Source of the DNA: a bacterium
GTDB lineage: Bacteria; UBA8248
Length of the DNA: 64,000 nucleotides
Assembly (NCBI GenBank): GCA_965200245.1
Contig: CBDATS010000004.1
Span: 1,152,001-1,216,000 of the forward strand
Reading direction: 5' to 3'
Shown: positions 48,060-57,953 of the stretch, in pieces
Layout of the letters: the number at the start of each line of letters is the position of its first letter
Numbering within the stretch: position 1 is the first letter of the stretch
Translations under genes and position numbers: made by a program
Notes under the pieces: model-generated
Database searches by the model: none
Told to the model about the DNA's origin: nothing
What the model saw: the letters and a program-made list of their open reading frames with translations, nothing else

Positions 48060-48812
48060 ATGAACAAATCAATCTCACGGCGTTCCATACTCCACGTTTA
48101 TGCCCATCCGGATGATGAATCTTTCGGGAATCCGGCCACAATCGCATTTTACGCAAGCCAGGGGATACGAATGGGCCTTCTTACCCTGACGCGCGGAGAA
48201 GCCGGTCTTACGAACGGAGTATGCGAACCCGATGAATTGGGCGATGTACGAGAAGAGGAACTCAAAAACGCCTGTCGTGTACTCGGTATTAAAGATATGA
48301 CGCTATGGAACTACCCGGACGGTGGATTAAGATTCATCGAGGAATCAGAAGTCCTGCCCCGCATCGAAAAATTCATCCTCAACTTCTCTCCCGATGTGGT
48401 GGTGACGTATGGAGAGGACGGCGTTACGGGACACCCCGATCACATTGCTGTCGGCCGGTGGGTCACAAAGGCTTTCCACCGTTTGACCAGGAAAAACCCG
48501 AGCGCAACTCCAAGGCGCCTGTACCACCGGATATCGCCGGAGAAAAGACGCGACCTGTACAACCGCCCTGACCTTGCGTATCGAAATGACTACACGACCA
48601 TCGTGGACGGGAGAAACTGCACACATGCGAGAAAAAGTGCACACGCATGCCACCGTTCCCAAAAACAAGCCACCGACTATTCACAACCAAAGGTATTTGA
48701 AGCGGGGTTGGTGGATTATTACATCAGGAAGTACCCCGCATGGGGCGGCGGTCCACTGGAGGCCGATCTGTTCGGCGATGCGCATCATGCCGATGAAACC
48801 AGACTGCCTTGA
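48060..48812 (+). CDS. PIG-L/LmbE family deacetylase (BshB/MshB-like)
   Basis: AHPDDE, TRGEAG, GHPDH and CHRSQ. Confidence 0.9.
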   Translation: MNKSISRRSILHVYAHPDDESFGNPATIAFYASQGIRMGLLTLTRGEAGLTNGVCEPDELGDVREEELKNACRVLGIKDMTLWNYPDGGLRFIEESEVLPRIEKFILNFSPDVVVTYGEDGVTGHPDHIAVGRWVTKAFHRLTRKNPSATPRRLYHRISPEKRRDLYNRPDLAYRNDYTTIVDGRNCTHARKSAHACHRSQKQATDYSQPKVFEAGLVDYYIRKYPAWGGGPLEADLFGDAHHADETRLP

Positions 48813-48813
48813 A

Positions 48814-49458
48814 TCACACGACCTTGCCATGCGCGAGCCGTACGTTTTTTACCGAAAGGGAATTCGCCCATTCCGGGATGTGGGTGCTCACAACCAATGT
48901 GATTCCCGAAGCGGCCAATTCCTGGATGATTTCGACTATCAGTTTACTGTTTTCCTCATCCAGGTGGGAGATGGGTTCATCCAGAAGAAGGGTTTCCGCT
49001 CCCGCCGCCAGCGCTCTTGCCAGGGCTACACGCTTCTTCTCTCCACCGGATAGTTTTGCAGCATCACGGTGAATCAAATCTTCACATCGCGTTTTAAGAA
49101 CGGCTTCTTCAGCTATATTATGCGCCTGTGTTGCGCTCATTCCGCGTACCCGGGGACCATAGGATATATTGGAGAGCACGTTTCCCCGAAAAAGATACGG
49201 TTCCTGGGCCAGAAGCGTGACCTTTCTTCTGTGCTCAAGTCCCGCCTTGCCGAAGAGTACGGCCTTGCCCCTGTATTCAACAATGCCATCTTCAGGTGGA
49301 AGCAAACCCGCCATGATGCGCAATAGTGTCGTTTTTCCGGAACCATTCGCACCGGTGAGAAGCACCACCTCACCCGAGACAACTGTCATCTCCCCGATAT
49401 CCAAAACCAAATTGGTCTCGAAGCGAAATTTCACGTTCTTGAGAAAAAACACTTCCAT
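48814..49458 (-). CDS. tupC: Tungstate ABC transporter ATPase
   Basis: GANGSGKTT, LSGGE and LDEP. Follows tupAB. Confidence 0.85.
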   Translation of the reverse strand: MEVFFLKNVKFRFETNLVLDIGEMTVVSGEVVLLTGANGSGKTTLLRIMAGLLPPEDGIVEYRGKAVLFGKAGLEHRRKVTLLAQEPYLFRGNVLSNISYGPRVRGMSATQAHNIAEEAVLKTRCEDLIHRDAAKLSGGEKKRVALARALAAGAETLLLDEPISHLDEENSKLIVEIIQELAASGITLVVSTHIPEWANSLSVKNVRLAHGKVV

Positions 49459-49459
49459 T

Positions 49460-50146
49460 TCATGACCTTTGAATGTAGCGGGAAAGCAGGTTCGTCACGA
49501 AAATGATCGCCAGAAGCACAACTCCCAGGGCGACCCCAAATCCGAATTCTCCTTTCATGCTTTCAAGCGCAATGGCCGTGGTCAGGGTCCGTGTATATCC
49601 TTCTATATTTCCACCGAGCATCATGGCGATCCCCACTTCCGAGGATACACGACCGAATGCCGCCAGGACCGCGGCCATCATTCCGAAACGGGCTTCGCGC
49701 AGTAACGTCCATGCCACGAGTCCATTCGAAGCGCCCAGCGTGAGCGAGGTTTCCCGCACCCTGTAATCGACTGATGCAACGGATGTCATGGAGAATACCA
49801 CCACGAGGGGAACCGCCAAGACAACCAATCCAAGCACGATGGCAGAAGGGGAAAACAACAGGTCGGTGAATCCCAGTGGACCTCGTCTGGAAAGAATTCC
49901 GTATGTGAGCAATCCGATAACGACGGTCGGCAAACCAAGTAGCGTCTGGACCACCGTGATGGCAAACCCTCTTCCCCTGAAGCGGGCTGTCGCCAATAAA
50001 AAGCCAACCGGCAATCCGATGAGTGACGCCAGAATCGTTGCCCAAAACCCTACCTTGACAGTCACCCAGGCGGTCAGCATGACTCCAGGGTCCCCCTGGA
50101 GCACACGCATCAGCCCATCGGAAAACCCGTCAAGCAAGTATTCCAA
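49460..50146 (-). CDS. tupB: Tungstate ABC transporter permease
   Basis: GLPTVVIGL, SRRGPLG and SEVGIAMMLGGNI..TRTLTTAI. Confidence 0.92.
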   Translation of the reverse strand: MEYLLDGFSDGLMRVLQGDPGVMLTAWVTVKVGFWATILASLIGLPVGFLLATARFRGRGFAITVVQTLLGLPTVVIGLLTYGILSRRGPLGFTDLLFSPSAIVLGLVVLAVPLVVVFSMTSVASVDYRVRETSLTLGASNGLVAWTLLREARFGMMAAVLAAFGRVSSEVGIAMMLGGNIEGYTRTLTTAIALESMKGEFGFGVALGVVLLAIIFVTNLLSRYIQRS

Positions 50147-50166
50147 ATCGCATGTCCTCCAGCCTG

Positions 50167-50994
50167 TTATCGAGGGATTTTCGCGTTTGGATAGAAGAGT
50201 TGTTTTCCCAGGAGCCGGAAATCGCGGATGACGCCTTGCCCCTCAGCGGACAGGAGAAAATCGATATACTTCATCGCCCAATCAAATTTTACATGCGGAT
50301 GACGTTTCGGATTCACGGCAATCACGCTATAGGGGTTGTGCAAACGCTTTCCTCTCGGCCCCTGGATCTTGAGGGCGATTTTTCTGTTCGCTACCAAAGC
50401 GACATACGTACCTCTGTCAGTAAGCGTGTATCCCCCTTTTTCGTCCGCCGCCATTAGCGTTCTGCCCATGCCCTGGCCCAGGGCGCGATACCAAAGACCG
50501 AAAGCCTCGACGCCGGCGTCTCGCCAAAGCTGCATCTCCTTTTTATGCGTTCCGGAATCATCCCCCCTGCTGAACCAAAGGCTTTTCGAATTCCTGATTT
50601 GGAGTAACGCTTCAGATACGTCGAAAGTCCTGAATACCCTTGCCGGGTCCGATTCCGGGCCTACAATCACGAAATCATTATACATAACGGCTTCTCTGCG
50701 AACCCCGTAGCCTTGCTCCACGAACAAGACTTCCGCATTTTTCGCATGAACAAGCACGACATCCACATCGCCGTTTTGTCCCAGTCGTAATGCCTTTCCC
50801 GTACCGACGGAGATTGTGTGCACGGAAACGCCGTGTTTTTTCTCGAATGCGGGGTGCAATTGTTTGAGTAATCCAGAATTCTCCGTGCTTGTCGTGGTTG
50901 CAAGCTTCAGGCGTTCCAGAGCAAAAGCATCTGTCCAAAAACCGAAGGCCAGAAAAAGTGCCAACAACAAACGCACGAACCAGCACCGCGTCAC
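50167..50994 (-). CDS. tupA: Tungstate ABC transporter substrate-binding protein
   Basis: Signal peptide, ATTTS, GTGKAL, VHA, YNDF and SRGDDSGTH. Confidence 0.93.
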   Translation of the reverse strand: MTRCWFVRLLLALFLAFGFWTDAFALERLKLATTTSTENSGLLKQLHPAFEKKHGVSVHTISVGTGKALRLGQNGDVDVVLVHAKNAEVLFVEQGYGVRREAVMYNDFVIVGPESDPARVFRTFDVSEALLQIRNSKSLWFSRGDDSGTHKKEMQLWRDAGVEAFGLWYRALGQGMGRTLMAADEKGGYTLTDRGTYVALVANRKIALKIQGPRGKRLHNPYSVIAVNPKRHPHVKFDWAMKYIDFLLSAEGQGVIRDFRLLGKQLFYPNAKIPR

Positions 50995-51004
50995 CGGATT
51001 TTCC

Positions 51005-51328
51005 CTATGCTCTCGGTTGTTCTGAAGGTTCAAACGAGGGAGCGAAATCCGGTATCTCGAAGTTGATTTCTCGGGAAAGCCCTTCGAGAAGCATCGTTAC
51101 CCCGGCTTTGGCATCAATGGTCGAGGTCAGCCGTGCAAGGGACATGGATTCGCCCTGTTCGTTTTTCTCTGTACAGGCACCAAAGGTTTGGTAGTAACCC
51201 ATGCCATCATAGGCTTCCAGGATCGCTTGCAAGTAATTTTGCTGTGAGGTTGGCACATGCAGCCACCAGATAAGAGAGCCTTCGTAAGGCACAGGGTTGA
51301 GCCTGGCGCTTTCTGTAAGGAACGTCAT
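51005..51328 (-). CDS. DUF4911-like protein
   Basis: YLQAILEAYDGMG motif. Confidence 0.65.
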   Translation of the reverse strand: MTFLTESARLNPVPYEGSLIWWLHVPTSQQNYLQAILEAYDGMGYYQTFGACTEKNEQGESMSLARLTSTIDAKAGVTMLLEGLSREINFEIPDFAPSFEPSEQPRA

Positions 51329-51336
51329 GCGCTTTC

Positions 51337-51729
51337 TTAAATTCTGTTTGCCGCCCGCCGAATGAGATACGGCATTTCTTTCACAAACAGGGAACGGGGC
51401 ATTACTCTGTCAAAGCCTGCCCTCGTCGCCGACTTGAGCAAGTCGGGCTCGGTATGTTTGCCCCAGGCAATGGAGTACACATCTTTGTTTTTGGGGTCGG
51501 TTCTGAGTGTTTTGAGGAGTTCACCCGATTTTTCGCCGCCCAGGCTATGATGATGCAGATCGGACAGGAACAATACGGGTTGATATTTCATCAGGGCTTC
51601 AGAGAAGTTCTCCTCTGAATTGATGAACTCCAATGAAATCCCTTGAGAAATTCCTGCCTCTCGAATGCCGGCTGAAAACATCAAGTCAGAACAAACAACA
51701 AAAACTCTCCTTGCTTCTTCAGTCATCAT
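51337..51729 (-). CDS. Stand-alone atypical receiver-like protein
   Basis: VVCSDLMF, FLSDL and AGFDRVMPRS. CheY-like topology without the canonical Lys. Confidence 0.7.
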   Translation of the reverse strand: MMTEEARRVFVVCSDLMFSAGIREAGISQGISLEFINSEENFSEALMKYQPVLFLSDLHHHSLGGEKSGELLKTLRTDPKNKDVYSIAWGKHTEPDLLKSATRAGFDRVMPRSLFVKEMPYLIRRAANRI

Positions 51730-52172
51730 GAAGTGCTTTTCTGCTCGTTCAGGAATTCATTTTTCGGTTCACCCACATAGCCGGGCAGGTAATCGATGCG
51801 CCCAGAGGACAACACCTCGATATATTTCGCACCCTCGGGTCCAACGGCAGTTGCGCTGTGAAACACACCGCTTGGGATAGATGCGAAACCACCGGGTTCC
51901 AGCCACTCTTCGACTCCATCTATAGACATTTTCAGCTTTCCTTCCAGCACGACGATGAACTGATCTTCGGGGTGACGATGAATCGTGCTCTCATCGAACA
52001 GCGTGTCAGGAGCTATCTCGCCGCGCTGCATCGTTAACCCATCCAATGCAACCGCGCGGCGCATGGTTCCCTTGCGAAGGTTCTGCGTCTGCGGGATGTC
52101 TTCCCAATGATGAAAACCCAATTTCCTGTCCTTTGGCTGCAAGTCCTGTACAGGCAGATACAAAAACGGCAA
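51726..52172 (-). CDS. Cupin domain protein
   Basis: HRHPEDQ and IPSGVFHS. Confidence 0.85.
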   Translation of the reverse strand: MPFLYLPVQDLQPKDRKLGFHHWEDIPQTQNLRKGTMRRAVALDGLTMQRGEIAPDTLFDESTIHRHPEDQFIVVLEGKLKMSIDGVEEWLEPGGFASIPSGVFHSATAVGPEGAKYIEVLSSGRIDYLPGYVGEPKNEFLNEQKSTS

Positions 52173-52183
52173 CAGGCAAAGTG

Positions 52184-53584
52184 TTACGCTTCCACTTTTT
52201 CACCCAAGAGATCGATAAGGCCGTGGATATTTTCGAGAGTATCGATCTTGTAGAGCATCGCCTCAATCATGGCGATCTGATCACTCTCGTACACCAGACT
52301 GCTGCATTCGGTGAATTTCTCATAAAGCTCTTCGCGGTCCATGGGGCGTTGAGGTGTGCCGCGAGATATTTCCGACATTTTTTCATACACAGTGCCGTCT
52401 TCGAGTTCTATCGTCACCTTGCCGCGAATGAGCGCGTAACCCTGGGCTTCGATTTCATCGTCTTTGAACGGATTTACCTTTTTCATCATCTCCACGACGT
52501 CAGGGCGCCTTACGACCTCATCTCTGTATTGCGCAATGCCAGCTGCGCGTTCCAGGAGCAAGATACCGAAACCGAACTGCAGGGAGAATTTCGCTTCCAG
52601 TTCATTTTGTGGTTCCTTGTAGCGCAGAGGCTCCAGTACGCGCGATGTAGTGCCGAAACGCAACTCTTTCACCTGGTCCGGTTTGATGTCGTTTTCCAGA
52701 ATCAGATCCCTGGCGGCATCCATCGCGGGATGCGCAAGTGATCCGCAGGGATAGGGTTTGATCGACACGCCTGGATCCACAGCAGACCAGGCGTTGCCGA
52801 GCTTCCCGACGATATAATCCCTATCGCAGCCACCTCCCATGATCTGGAAAAATCCCCACTGTCCATCGAATATCGTGGGATCTGAAGTGTAACCGCCTGC
52901 CGCCAGCCTTGCCGCCACGACGCCGTTCTCTGCCGCGCGGCCACAGTGGTATGGCTTCGTCATTGTCCCGAAATTCGCACGAAGACCCGCACTTTCCGAA
53001 CAGACGATTCCGTAGCACATACGCAATTGGTGTTCGTTCAATCCCATCAATTTCGCTGCGGCCGTCGCGGCTCCGATAGCACCGATTGTTCCTGTCGAAT
53101 GAAATCCTGTTACGTAGTGATCCGGTCGAATCGCTTCGGCGACCTTGCATTCGACTTCAAAGCCCAGCGCAAATGCGGCAAGCAACTCCTGCCCACTTGT
53201 ACCCAACGCCTCGCCAAGGGCCAAGGCAGCGGGCATCACTGGACAGGTGGGGTGAGTCAACAGGCCGTATACGCGATCCGGGTAGCTGCTCAGTTGCGTA
53301 TCGTCGTAATCCATTGCATGGCCTGCGACACCGTTAGCCAAGGCGGCGAGATGCGCAGGCACCGTCATACCGGTCCCAACTACCCGCGCTTCTGGTTCCC
53401 CTCCGATTTCTCTCAGATAGTTTTGAATAATATGGCCGCTTTCTTCTGTGGATCCCGCAACCATCAAGCCAATACCGTCCACAAAACAGCGACGCACGAT
53501 CACCCTCACATCTTCCGGAATGTCTTCATACTCCGTATTCAAGACAAACTCGACGATGGCATCCGTGATCAGAGATTCTGTCAT
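52184..53584 (-). CDS. MmgE/PrpD family protein
   Basis: HAMDYDD, HPTCP, GFHSTGT, KPYHCG, KPYPC and EAKFS. Confidence 0.93.
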   Translation of the reverse strand: MTESLITDAIVEFVLNTEYEDIPEDVRVIVRRCFVDGIGLMVAGSTEESGHIIQNYLREIGGEPEARVVGTGMTVPAHLAALANGVAGHAMDYDDTQLSSYPDRVYGLLTHPTCPVMPAALALGEALGTSGQELLAAFALGFEVECKVAEAIRPDHYVTGFHSTGTIGAIGAATAAAKLMGLNEHQLRMCYGIVCSESAGLRANFGTMTKPYHCGRAAENGVVAARLAAGGYTSDPTIFDGQWGFFQIMGGGCDRDYIVGKLGNAWSAVDPGVSIKPYPCGSLAHPAMDAARDLILENDIKPDQVKELRFGTTSRVLEPLRYKEPQNELEAKFSLQFGFGILLLERAAGIAQYRDEVVRRPDVVEMMKKVNPFKDDEIEAQGYALIRGKVTIELEDGTVYEKMSEISRGTPQRPMDREELYEKFTECSSLVYESDQIAMIEAMLYKIDTLENIHGLIDLLGEKVEA

Positions 53585-53626
53585 GACCTCACCTTTCTGA
53601 AATATTCACGAAATTGCTCAATTCTT

Positions 53627-53812
53627 TTACCGTCCCAGCCCTTCTGTCGCAGGGTTCGGCGGAACCGTGATGAGCTTCTCCCGAGGCTTGGGGCAAAAGT
53701 ATCCGGTCAATGATGGAAAAATGGATGTATTCGAACAAACCCCACTAAGCAAGAAAACCAAAAGTCCCGACAGGGTTAGGGTAGCCAACAGCCAAATCAC
53801 ACCGCGGGTCAT
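53627..53812 (-). CDS. Small hypothetical membrane protein (61 aa)
   Basis: MTRGVIWLLATLTLSGLLVFLLSGVC with one TM, directly upstream of the PrpD gene. Confidence 0.4.
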   Translation of the reverse strand: MTRGVIWLLATLTLSGLLVFLLSGVCSNTSIFPSLTGYFCPKPREKLITVPPNPATEGLGR

Positions 53813-54264
53813 GATGGATTCCCCAAAACTCCCTGTACCTACGCGAAAATGGTGCAGAAGGAGTAGCCAGGTCGGATACCGGTTCAAATAAACAAAAACG
53901 AGTCGTCTCGCTCGGCGACCCGCGATTCAAACCAACCGGAGAGGAAATACTCCCCTCCTCCTGCGCCCAAAATGGCTAACACAGAATTTCCGCAATGAAA
54001 GCTAACAAAAACGAAAACGCTCGGCAAGGAAGAACCTGCATTTTTTCCAGTTTCCATTTTACTTCTCTTCATAAGGCTGGAATAATATGAAGTCAAAGGG
54101 GTCGAAGAATCCATGTCCCATATCATGTTTGGCTCGTTGCCAGTGAAAGCGTCGATATTGATCTGATTCAATTTGTTATTTTTTATCCGTGCTTGTGCTT
54201 TTTTGCGCAAGCGCGGTGACTGGTTCTTTCGATAGCGGCAAGCATTTTCCCGACATCCAAATGA

Positions 54265-55389
54265 ATGGAGCTAGAAATGATTCTAGATGTGGAAGCCGGT
54301 GACATCCTTCCAGCGAAAGATGCCATCGCCTTGATGGACCAAACGGATCTTGGTCCTTCCATCGATATTCCCGAAATCCCTGAAAATGCGTATTCCGAGA
54401 ACATTACGGACGAGGAAAGGGATTTCTTGCAAGGCGAGATCCGGCGTCTCAAGAAAGAGAGAAACGCTCTCGTTCTCGCACATAATTATGTGCCCCAGGA
54501 TATTCAAGATGTCTCTGACATTATCGGAGATTCATTGTATTTGGCCCAGCAAGGCGCCGCATCGGACGCGGATTACCTTGTCGAACCATCCGTCTTGTTT
54601 ATGAACCAGATTTTGGCCGCACTCAAGAAACCCCACCAAACTGTTTTGGCACCAAGCCTCAAGGCGCTTTGTTCTTTGGCCGCCCATGCCGATGCAGACA
54701 AGGTTCGACAATGGAAAAAAGACAACACCGATGGAATCGTCATCAGCTATGTAAACACATATCTCGAGGTTAAGGCCGAGAGCGATTTCTGCTGCGCGTC
54801 CGCCAATGCGGGCAAAGTCACCCTCCATATCCTCGAAAACTCGAGGCCTGAGCAACCCATATTGTTTTTGCCCGATGTCTTCTTGGGATTTTACGCGGCT
54901 AAACTTCTGGAGAGCAAAGGACACTCTCTGGATCGACTGCATCTCATGATGGGCGCATGTCATGTGCATGAGAGGATTCGGCCGCACCATGTCCTGGAAC
55001 AACAACAACAACACCCTGAGGCCGTCACCGTCGTTCACCCGGAATGCGGATGCACCAGCGCCTGCATGCGACAGGTCAATGATGGCATCGTGCCCGAGGA
55101 CATGCTTCAGTTCCGGTCCACCCAAGGAATGATCAAGCTGGTGGAGGAAATTCCTCATTCAGAAGTCATCGTGGCCACAGAGGTCGGAAACCTCCATCCC
55201 ATGTCCAAAGCGGTTCCGGAAAAAACGCTGATTCCCGCAAGCCGTGAGGCTCTTTGCGCCTACATGAAACAAAATACCTTGCAGAACCTGCATGAATGCC
55301 TGCGCGACTTGAAGCACGAAATCACCGTGGACCCGGAATTGGCCCGGCGAGCGAGAATCCCGATCGAGCGCATGCTCGAAATCCTATAG
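54265..55389 (+). CDS. nadA: Quinolinate synthase
   Basis: LAHNY, GDSL, CSLA, YVNT, CHVH, HPEC and CAYMK. Confidence 0.94.
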   Translation: MELEMILDVEAGDILPAKDAIALMDQTDLGPSIDIPEIPENAYSENITDEERDFLQGEIRRLKKERNALVLAHNYVPQDIQDVSDIIGDSLYLAQQGAASDADYLVEPSVLFMNQILAALKKPHQTVLAPSLKALCSLAAHADADKVRQWKKDNTDGIVISYVNTYLEVKAESDFCCASANAGKVTLHILENSRPEQPILFLPDVFLGFYAAKLLESKGHSLDRLHLMMGACHVHERIRPHHVLEQQQQHPEAVTVVHPECGCTSACMRQVNDGIVPEDMLQFRSTQGMIKLVEEIPHSEVIVATEVGNLHPMSKAVPEKTLIPASREALCAYMKQNTLQNLHECLRDLKHEITVDPELARRARIPIERMLEIL

Positions 55390-55407
55390 TTCCAAATATC
55401 GTTCAGT

Positions 55408-56292
55408 ATGGACATCCGCTCTAAAGTTCGCGAATGGCTTCTGGAGGATTTTGGGAGTGCTCCCCTTCATTTCGAAGCTGAAAAAGAACCCTTGTGCGTG
55501 GCCGAGTTATGCTCGAAAAGCGACGCCATTCTGGCCGGTTCTCCGTTTTTCCTTCCCGTATTGGAGGAAACCCAAAATCTTCTGGCCCTTGGGAAAAACC
55601 ATCCACCCGAAATCGACTGGCGAAAAAATGAAGGGGCCCGAATTTCCAGAGGTGAACTCCTGGCATATGTATCAGGACACACCCAGACAATCTTGAAAGC
55701 GGAGCGCACCGCACTCAATCTCCTTTCCCACACCTCCGAAATCGCCACGCATACGGCACACACACTGTCTCTGTTCGGAGATTTTCCAAAAACGCTCAAG
55801 GGCATTATCGATACAAGGAAGAATCGGCCGGGATTGCGTTATTTTGAAAAATACGCTGTTCGCGTTGGAGGCGGGCGGAATCACCGCCTCGGTTTTTTCG
55901 ACGGTGAAATGATCAAAGACAACGACATCACTGCCGCCGGTTCCATCCCGGCCGCTATCGACAGACAATTCGGCAACCGCTACATGACGGATACTCAAAT
56001 CGAAGTGCAGAACCTGTCCCAACTGGAAAAAGTCATCGAAGACGGACGAGTGCACATGATTTTACTGGACAACATGGACATCGAAACCCTCCGCAGGGCC
56101 GTTTTGCGGACGAGAGAAGCCGGAGTTGCCCCCAAAACGCAAAAACCCTACGAACTTGAGGCTTCCGGCATCGGCGGAATCGACTTGAAGAGCATCGCTG
56201 AAACAGGAGTGGATTACATTTCCACCAGTTCGCTTGTTCGCTCTGCACCCCCTCTTGACTTTCACATGAAGATCACAAAAGTGGGTTTATGA
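55408..56292 (+). CDS. nadC: Quinolinate phosphoribosyltransferase
   Basis: AERTALN, DTRK, EKYAVRVGGGRNHR, LLDNM and TGVDYIS. Confidence 0.93.
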   Translation: MDIRSKVREWLLEDFGSAPLHFEAEKEPLCVAELCSKSDAILAGSPFFLPVLEETQNLLALGKNHPPEIDWRKNEGARISRGELLAYVSGHTQTILKAERTALNLLSHTSEIATHTAHTLSLFGDFPKTLKGIIDTRKNRPGLRYFEKYAVRVGGGRNHRLGFFDGEMIKDNDITAAGSIPAAIDRQFGNRYMTDTQIEVQNLSQLEKVIEDGRVHMILLDNMDIETLRRAVLRTREAGVAPKTQKPYELEASGIGGIDLKSIAETGVDYISTSSLVRSAPPLDFHMKITKVGL

Positions 56293-56366
56293 TATTCTGT
56301 TGAAGCTGATTTCACGACTTGTACTGAAATGCTGTTTCTCTGAACTTATTCACTTTGGAGGAAATT

Positions 56367-56891
56367 ATGTCCCTGGAAGTCGAGTCTAAAAGTGTGGATT
56401 ATTACAAAGCCTCCGATGGGCGCATGATTGCTATTCACATCAAGGGAGATTTCAACGATTACGCCGGATTTCCACCTTATCTGGATACCGAAGACGCGAA
56501 AGAACACATCCGCACCGCATACGCTGGCCAAGACATCGAAGCGGAACGCAACACAAAAGCCCATATGACGGATGATGAAGTACCTCTGCAAATCATCGTT
56601 TTGAACAGGCCCAAAGGCGCGATCACCAAAGCGCATTATCACGTGGTCGAAGAGAGGACCACGAACACCACAAGGCATCAGATTCTATTGTGCCAACGCG
56701 GGAGGGTTCGAGTCGGCGTATTCACCAGGGAAGGGGAAAACCTGGGCGATGCGATTCTGCATCGCGACGATCTCATCCTTATGTACGAAGGCCATGAAGT
56801 CGAATTCCTGGAAGATGATTCAAAGCTCATCGAAATCAAGGAAGGTCCTTTCCCGGAAACGGACGAGCGGGACAAAATCGATTTGAAATAG
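56367..56891 (+). CDS. Cupin-fold protein (WbuC-like)
   Basis: AHYH and GHEVEFLEDDSKLIEIKEGPF. GGAGG RBS. Confidence 0.7.
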   Translation: MSLEVESKSVDYYKASDGRMIAIHIKGDFNDYAGFPPYLDTEDAKEHIRTAYAGQDIEAERNTKAHMTDDEVPLQIIVLNRPKGAITKAHYHVVEERTTNTTRHQILLCQRGRVRVGVFTREGENLGDAILHRDDLILMYEGHEVEFLEDDSKLIEIKEGPFPETDERDKIDLK

Positions 56892-56934
56892 CTTGATATG
56901 GATACAATCCAATCAACTTATGCGGAGAGAAACC

Positions 56935-57951
56935 ATGAAATTTTGCACATTTGAAGTGCGAACACCAGTTGGCCCATTCGAGCGTTTGGGTGCCGTTGTA
57001 TCCGAAGGTGATGGTCTTCGGTTCGTCGACCTCAATTTCGCGGCGGCGGCGGAGTTCAGGCAGCGTGGTTCCTCACGTCCGCAAGCCATGGCGGACGCCC
57101 TCATTCCATCCGACATCCTGGCCATTGCGGCATCCGGCAAAGGTGGAATCGAGGCCGCTGAAGAAGCTCTCGAATATGCACTCGAACATGAAGGTGCCAG
57201 CGGCCCCCGAGGGGAACAGATCATATATACACCAAGCGAAATCCGGCTTCTTCCACCGATAAAGCAGCCCCCTCTCATTCGTGGCTTTGCAGGATTCGAG
57301 CGCCATCTCAAAAAAACATTTGAGGTAATGAATCTTGAAATCCCGAAAACCTGGTACGAGCGTCCCCTGGCCTTCAAGGCGAGTTGCGCCCACATGGCCG
57401 GACCCGAGGAGGAAGTCCCTTGGCCCAGCTTCACCGAAAAAATGGATTTCGAGCTTGAATTCTGCTGTGTGGTTGGAGTGCCGGGCAGAGATATTTCGGA
57501 AGAGGATGCACATGAACACATTTTCGGTTACGCGATATTAAATGACTGGAGCGCCCGGGACGCGCAAGGGGGCGAAATGGCTATGGGAACAGGGCCATAC
57601 AAGAGCAAGGATTGGTGCTGGAGCTTCGGCCCCTGGATTGCCACTCCCGACGAGGTGGGTGATCCCAAAAACATACCCATGGCTGCAAGGGTCAATGGAG
57701 AGACGTGGGTCGAAACTACTCCCGGGGAGATGTATTGGACTTTCTCGCAAATCATCGCCTATACCGCCAGGGATGAGAATCTGCTCACGGGAGACCTGAT
57801 GGGTTCCGGCACGGTCCCTGGAGGTTGCGGCATGGAAATCGGCCGTTGGATCCAGCCAGGAGATGTCGTGGAAATCGATATGGGGCCGCTGGGAGTCATG
57901 AGAAACAAGATCGGCCAGAAACCAGATCCCAGACCCTACACATACAAATAA
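56935..57951 (+). CDS. Fumarylacetoacetate hydrolase family protein
   Basis: FERH, DFELE, NDWSARDAQ, KSKD and GSGTV. Confidence 0.92.
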   Translation: MKFCTFEVRTPVGPFERLGAVVSEGDGLRFVDLNFAAAAEFRQRGSSRPQAMADALIPSDILAIAASGKGGIEAAEEALEYALEHEGASGPRGEQIIYTPSEIRLLPPIKQPPLIRGFAGFERHLKKTFEVMNLEIPKTWYERPLAFKASCAHMAGPEEEVPWPSFTEKMDFELEFCCVVGVPGRDISEEDAHEHIFGYAILNDWSARDAQGGEMAMGTGPYKSKDWCWSFGPWIATPDEVGDPKNIPMAARVNGETWVETTPGEMYWTFSQIIAYTARDENLLTGDLMGSGTVPGGCGMEIGRWIQPGDVVEIDMGPLGVMRNKIGQKPDPRPYTYK

Positions 57952-57953
57952 TC

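Noticed and set aside
53884-54210. 108-aa minus-strand ORF upstream of nadA
   Set aside because: It is AT-rich divergent promoter region with no recognisable protein features.
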